The translations under genes and the position numbers were made by a program. This document shows positions 27,226 to 32,041 of a DNA stretch of 32,041 nucleotides, piece after piece. Location of the stretch: assembly GCA_022705265.1 (NCBI GenBank), contig JAKJEU010000002.1:1-32041 (forward strand), read 5' to 3'. Every line of letters begins with the position of its first letter. Within the stretch, counting starts at the first letter, position 1. A model generated the notes under the pieces. It worked only from the letters and a program-made list of their open reading frames with translations. It did no database searches and was not told the DNA's origin. Origin of the DNA: Pseudomonadota bacterium. Lineage in GTDB: Bacteria; Pseudomonadota; Alphaproteobacteria; JAKJEU01.

Positions 27226-28755
27226 ATGTTAGAAGAAAAAACAAAAAAGGCTTTCGAGGCTATTAACAATGCGACAAGCAAGACAACTCAAAATGTGAAT
27301 GTTGTTGAAACTTCCGAAGTTGTGTCAGTCGGTGCTGGAATTGCTGAAATATCTGGTCTTATGAATGCAAGATTAGAAGAAATGCTTATTTTTAATGACA
27401 ATGTAACAGGAATTGTTATGTCATTAAACCGTGACAGCGTGGGTGCAGTATTTTTGGACGACCCAACCGAAATCAAATCAGGCGACAAAGTAACAAGAAC
27501 TAATCGTGTGGTTGATGTTCCTGTGGGTGAAGAACTTTTGGGTCGTGTTATAAACCCGATTGGTAAAGCTTTGGACGGACTTGGTTCTATTAACACCGCC
27601 GAAAGAAGAGGTGTTGAAAGAGAAGCATATCCAATTATGTCTCGTTCCCCAGTTGACACTCCACTTCAAACAGGTATCACAGCCGTTGACAGCTTCACTC
27701 CAATTGGAAGAGGCCAAAGAGAATTAATCGTAGGAGACAGACAAACCGGAAAAACCGCGATTGCTTTGGACACTATTATCAACCAAAAAGACAGCGGAGT
27801 AATTTCAATTTATTGTGTCATTGGGCAACGGGCTTCTGCTACTGCTAAAATCATTGCTGACCTTAAAAAACATGGTGTTATGCAAAATACGATTATCGTG
27901 GTTGCAAGCGGTGATGACCAACCTGGCATGCAATATCTTGCTCCTTATGCTGCTACTTCTATTGGTGAATATTTCATGGAAAAAGGCAAAGATGTCTTGG
28001 TCGTTTATGATGATTTGACTTGCCATGCTCGTGCATATCGTCAAATGATGTTGCTCCTTCGCCGTCCACCTGGTCGTGAAGCTTTTCCTGGCGATATTTT
28101 TTATATTCATTCAAGATTGTTGGAGCGCTCTACCCATTTAAGAGAAGAATTTGGCGGCGGTTCTTTGACTTCTTTACCAATTGTGGAAACTGAGGCTGGA
28201 AATATCTCGGCATATATTCCAACCAACATTATTTCGATTACTGATGGTCAAATTTATCTTTCCACTTCGCAATTTCAAAAAGGTATTTTGCCTGCAATTG
28301 ATACTGGTAAATCCGTTTCTCGTGTTGGTGGTGATGCTCAATTACCTGCATATTCTGCTTTGGTTGGAAGACTTAAACTCTTTTATTCTCAATTCGAAGA
28401 GCTTGAAAGCTTTGCTAAATTCGGCACTCAACTTGACAAAGAAACCGAAAGAAGACTTAACCGTGGTCGTGCAATCCGTTCGGTTATGAAACAAATTCAA
28501 TATCGTCCTATTCATGTGGTTGAACAAATCGCAATTTTGATGGCGACTAATAAGGGTTTGCTTGACAATCTTAACGACGAACAAAAGAAATTCGCAATCG
28601 AGAAAATCAGAGCTTCGGTTCGCACTGATTACCCTGAAATTGTTGATAAAATTTTGGACCGTAAAAAATTAAAAGACGACGACAAGGCAATATTGCTTGA
28701 TGGATTTAAGAAAATGCTTAAACAAGAAGGCTTGAACTTATCTTCTGAGGAATAA
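27226..28755 (+). CDS. atpA: N-type ATPase alpha subunit
   Basis: 509 aa with Walker A GDRQTGKT, plus LLLRRPPGREAFPGDIFYIHSRLLER. Confidence 0.95.
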   Translation: MLEEKTKKAFEAINNATSKTTQNVNVVETSEVVSVGAGIAEISGLMNARLEEMLIFNDNVTGIVMSLNRDSVGAVFLDDPTEIKSGDKVTRTNRVVDVPVGEELLGRVINPIGKALDGLGSINTAERRGVEREAYPIMSRSPVDTPLQTGITAVDSFTPIGRGQRELIVGDRQTGKTAIALDTIINQKDSGVISIYCVIGQRASATAKIIADLKKHGVMQNTIIVVASGDDQPGMQYLAPYAATSIGEYFMEKGKDVLVVYDDLTCHARAYRQMMLLLRRPPGREAFPGDIFYIHSRLLERSTHLREEFGGGSLTSLPIVETEAGNISAYIPTNIISITDGQIYLSTSQFQKGILPAIDTGKSVSRVGGDAQLPAYSALVGRLKLFYSQFEELESFAKFGTQLDKETERRLNRGRAIRSVMKQIQYRPIHVVEQIAILMATNKGLLDNLNDEQKKFAIEKIRASVRTDYPEIVDKILDRKKLKDDDKAILLDGFKKMLKQEGLNLSSEE

Positions 28756-28758
28756 AAA

Positions 28759-29685
28759 ATGACAATTGAGGCTTTACAAAAAAGAATAAAAACCACTAAC
28801 GAATTAAGAAACATCGTAGGCACGATGAAGTCTTTGTCGACGGCTAGTATTTTACAGTATGATGAAGCCTCAAAAGCTTTGAAAAAGTATAATGAAACCA
28901 TTATTCATGGGCTTCAAAGTGCGGTTAAAAATGGAATTTGGAATAAGCCTTATTCTTCTAAAACTCCGATTGAAAAACAAAAAATTATCGCAATTATTAT
29001 TGGTTCTGATAACGGTTTAGTGGGAAAATTTAACCGTGACATTATTTCTTGTGCCGAAAAATACTTCAAAGAAATCGGTGCGGATAAAAACAATGTTTCT
29101 TATGTCGGAATCGGTAAAAGAATTATCGGGATTTTAGAACGAAATAAATGTGAAATTGATGAAAAATATGCGGTTTCAAATTCGGTTAAAAATATATCTT
29201 TAATTGCCAATTCGGTTGTGATAAGGCTTGATGAAATTATGGCGAAAAGAAAGGCTGAAAGGGTTGTTATTTTTTATAACGAAAAGCCAAGCCGTTCTGC
29301 TCCTTTTAAAAATTCTTATAAAACTTTGCTTCCAATTGATGAGGAATTTTATCAAAATTTAAGAAAACAACCATGGAATTCAAGAGGCTTTCCTTTAATC
29401 ACAATCGAAGACAACATTTTTGTTTCAAATTTAATAAAAGAGCATATAATGATGTCACTCGTTGGTGGTATTACTGATTCCTTAAAGGCTGAACATCATA
29501 CAAGGCTTAATAATATGCAAGCTGCGGAAAAGAATATTGATGAAAATTTGGAAAAAATGAATCTTGAATATCAACAAATGAGGCAAGAAGCGATTACTTC
29601 CGAGCTTTTAGATGTTGTTAGTGGCTCTGAGGCTTTAAGAAATCGTCTTAAAAAAGAAAAAGAAGCAAGAAACAAAAAGAAATAA
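28759..29685 (+). CDS. atpG: N-type ATPase gamma subunit
   Basis: 308 aa. N-terminal helix IKTTNELRNIVGTMKSLSTASI and C-terminal helix QEAITSELLDVVSG, as in gamma subunits. Confidence 0.85.
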   Translation: MTIEALQKRIKTTNELRNIVGTMKSLSTASILQYDEASKALKKYNETIIHGLQSAVKNGIWNKPYSSKTPIEKQKIIAIIIGSDNGLVGKFNRDIISCAEKYFKEIGADKNNVSYVGIGKRIIGILERNKCEIDEKYAVSNSVKNISLIANSVVIRLDEIMAKRKAERVVIFYNEKPSRSAPFKNSYKTLLPIDEEFYQNLRKQPWNSRGFPLITIEDNIFVSNLIKEHIMMSLVGGITDSLKAEHHTRLNNMQAAEKNIDENLEKMNLEYQQMRQEAITSELLDVVSGSEALRNRLKKEKEARNKKK

Positions 29686-29691
29686 AAAATT

Positions 29692-31068
29692 ATGTCATCT
29701 GTTGAATTAACACACATGGGATCTCAAAAAATCCCAAAATTACTTATGCAATTTGCAATCCCTATTGTCATTGGAATGCTTGCAAACGCCATGTATAACC
29801 TTGTTGACAGGGCTTTTATCGGTAATTTCATAAATAAACAAGCCTTAACCGCGGCAACCGTTTATCACCCGTATTTTATGCTTACCATTGCTTTTTCATG
29901 CATGGTGGGTTCTGGTTCTACTGCTTATGTTTCTTCGTCTTTTGGATCAAAAGATTATCCCCTTGCCCAACGAATTTTTACAAATGCAATTACCTTGGTT
30001 TTGGTTTTTATGTTACCTCTTACCTTGGTTGGAATGCTTTTTGCACCAACCATTTTAAAAGCAAGTGGGGCAAGCCATGAAATTTTACCCTTGGCATTAG
30101 AATATTTTTATGTCATGGCTTTGGGTGCTCCTTTTGGAGGGCTTGCCTTTGTTTTATCTTGCTTAATTCGAAGCGAAAACCACCCAAAATGTGCCTTAAA
30201 AGTTACTTTGGTGGGCGCTTGTTTAAATGTAGTGTTAGACGCTTTGTTCATTATTGTTTTTAAAATGGGAATTTTTGGCGCTGGTCTTGCCACCGCAATT
30301 TCTCAGGTCGTATCTCTTATTTATGCTATTTCTTTTTATTATCGCAAGGAAAGTGTACTTAAACTTAAAGGTGTTCATCTTATTCCTGAAAAAATGATTG
30401 CTAAAAAAGTCATTTCCATTGGCATAAGTTCAAGCATTGTTATTTTGTCTTTTGGACTTTTCAGCCTTTTGATGAACAAAACTCTTTACCAATATGGTGG
30501 AGACGATGCAATCGCGGTCATGGGAATTTTGATGACTTTGGATTCGTTATTATTCCTTCCAATAATTGGTATTTGTGATGGGGCTCAACCAATTTTTGGT
30601 TACAATTACGGAGCGAAAAATTTCAAAAGAATCTATGAAACTTTGAAATTTGGAACTTTGATAACCTTTCTTTACGCTTGCATAAGCTTTGTTATAGTTT
30701 TTACCCTTTCAAAATATTTAATCGCAATTTTCACAAACAGCGAAGAAATAATAAAAGAAGGTGCAAAGGCATTAAGATTTTCTTATTCAGCCGTTTTTTT
30801 TGCAGGTTTTGGAATTATAATGTCCTCACTTTTCCAAGCCTTGCAAAGAGTCAAATATTGTATTTTCTTAGGTCTTGCAAGGACCTTATTAATATTCATA
30901 CCTTTGATTTATATTTTGCCTCCGTTAATGGGGCTTAACGGTGCTTGGCTTTGCCTTCCTGCTATTGATTTTTCGGGTTCTTTATTCGGCGCCATCTTTT
31001 TTTATTTCGAAAGAAAGCGCCTTAACAAAGAAGAAGAAGCCTTATCCTTGCTTCAATCTGAATCTTAA
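29692..31068 (+). CDS. MATE-family efflux transporter
   Basis: 458 aa with about 12 TM segments. The N-terminus LLMQFAIPIVIGMLANAMYNLVDRAFIG is typical of MATE/NorM-DinF proteins. It starts 6 nt after the atpG stop. Confidence 0.85.
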   Translation: MSSVELTHMGSQKIPKLLMQFAIPIVIGMLANAMYNLVDRAFIGNFINKQALTAATVYHPYFMLTIAFSCMVGSGSTAYVSSSFGSKDYPLAQRIFTNAITLVLVFMLPLTLVGMLFAPTILKASGASHEILPLALEYFYVMALGAPFGGLAFVLSCLIRSENHPKCALKVTLVGACLNVVLDALFIIVFKMGIFGAGLATAISQVVSLIYAISFYYRKESVLKLKGVHLIPEKMIAKKVISIGISSSIVILSFGLFSLLMNKTLYQYGGDDAIAVMGILMTLDSLLFLPIIGICDGAQPIFGYNYGAKNFKRIYETLKFGTLITFLYACISFVIVFTLSKYLIAIFTNSEEIIKEGAKALRFSYSAVFFAGFGIIMSSLFQALQRVKYCIFLGLARTLLIFIPLIYILPPLMGLNGAWLCLPAIDFSGSLFGAIFFYFERKRLNKEEEALSLLQSES

Positions 31069-32025
31069 TTTTATGGCTTTATAGATGCTGGAATAATCAT
31101 CGGTGAAATATTTAATTTCATCATTTTGTTTCAATTCTTTAAAGCCATATTTTTCTTTGAAATTAGTCAAATCAGCCTTTGATAAAACCACCCATTTCGA
31201 TGAAAATGTTTTCTGTAAACTCTCGTTTTCTCCACCTTCTGCAACCAAAGCTTTTATTCCTGTGCCTTTTATTGCCTTATCAATTACTCCTTCAAGGTCA
31301 ATATAAAGATTGCTTATATGAAATAACATTAAACCATCTTCTTTTAATTTTGAAAGATATACTAAAAACGCCTCTCTGGTCAAAAGATGGGAAGGTATGG
31401 CATCAGAGCTGAATGCGTCAATTATAATTGCATCATATTTTTTATCTTGGTTAGCAAGCATTACTCTTCCATCACCAATTATTATTTTTGCATCTTTCTT
31501 ACAATCCCTCATAAACGGAAAAACATTCTTTTCGGTGCTAAGCTTTACAATTTCCTCGTCAATTTCATATATATCAAGAGATTGAGTGTCCTTGAAATAA
31601 CATAAAGAAGCACCAGCACCAAGCCCAATTAAAGCAAAATCCCAATTTTTATTATTAACTTCTGTTTCTTTGAAAAAAGAACCTAGGGGGCTTTCTTCGC
31701 TATAATAACCTATTTTACTTAATGGCGAATTCATATCCATAAATCCATGAAAAATATTACCATGTCTTAACATTTTAAAATAAGAATTATCGTTTTTTTC
31801 CAACAAAACTTGATATGTTCCATAAAAATTACGACCTTTAAGTTCTAATTCGTATTTGCTTTTTTTAATAAAAAGATTTGCTGAAATTAAGCAACCTGAA
31901 AATAATATAAACAAAAGAGGGATATTTTTCTTAAAAAACACAAAAGCATAGCCAAATATAAGCCAAAAAATAAAGAAATAAGCATCTAATTGATTTTCTT
32001 TGCTCACAAATCTTATCGAAACCAT
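31042..32025 (-). CDS. Spermidine-synthase-like (class I methyltransferase fold) membrane protein. The reading frame is still open at the right window edge.
   Basis: N-terminal TM helices precede LIGLGAGAS...YEIDEEIV...IIIDAFSSDAIPSHLLTREAF, a spermidine synthase family pattern. There is no in-frame stop between ATG 32025 and position 32040, so the true start may lie outside the window. Confidence 0.65.
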   Translation of the reverse strand: MVSIRFVSKENQLDAYFFIFWLIFGYAFVFFKKNIPLLFILFSGCLISANLFIKKSKYELELKGRNFYGTYQVLLEKNDNSYFKMLRHGNIFHGFMDMNSPLSKIGYYSEESPLGSFFKETEVNNKNWDFALIGLGAGASLCYFKDTQSLDIYEIDEEIVKLSTEKNVFPFMRDCKKDAKIIIGDGRVMLANQDKKYDAIIIDAFSSDAIPSHLLTREAFLVYLSKLKEDGLMLFHISNLYIDLEGVIDKAIKGTGIKALVAEGGENESLQKTFSSKWVVLSKADLTNFKEKYGFKELKQNDEIKYFTDDYSSIYKAIKLRFRLKQG

Positions 32026-32041
32026 ACAAATTAAGATTATA

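Overview
AT-rich, very compact bacterial chromosome segment. I saw no rRNA, tRNA, CRISPR or mobile-element signatures. The gene order yceD-rpmF-plsX-fabH-ihfA-merR and rodZ-ispG-hisS-prfA-prmC looks alphaproteobacterial; that assignment is inference from synteny and protein motifs, not a search result. Most of the window is housekeeping: translation, lipid synthesis, envelope and the MEP pathway. Five regions stand out. (1) 22996-29685 is a complete nine-gene N-type ATPase operon in the diagnostic order beta-epsilon-AtpQ-AtpR-a-c-b-alpha-gamma. It has no delta gene, a long b subunit, and a c subunit with a full Na+-ligand signature. A MATE transporter gene follows 6 nt downstream. (2) The tyrS leader (341-565, minus strand) holds a 28-codon ORF with four consecutive Tyr codons. 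Its stop codon lies inside one arm of a 12-bp helix that interlocks with an intrinsic terminator, which looks like a leader-peptide attenuator. (3) 12588-13756 is a three-gene operon of small acidic proteins of unknown function, two of them clear paralogs. (4) 14181-15190 is a roughly 336-codon gene of unknown function, split by a 1-nt frameshift at an A5 run. (5) 572-4118 is an accessory-looking operon: NUDIX, dgkA, eptA, an orphan gene and a GNAT acetyltransferase. Non-ATG starts (TTG or GTG) and short gene overlaps are frequent. All functional calls come from motifs I recognise in the translations. No database search was run.
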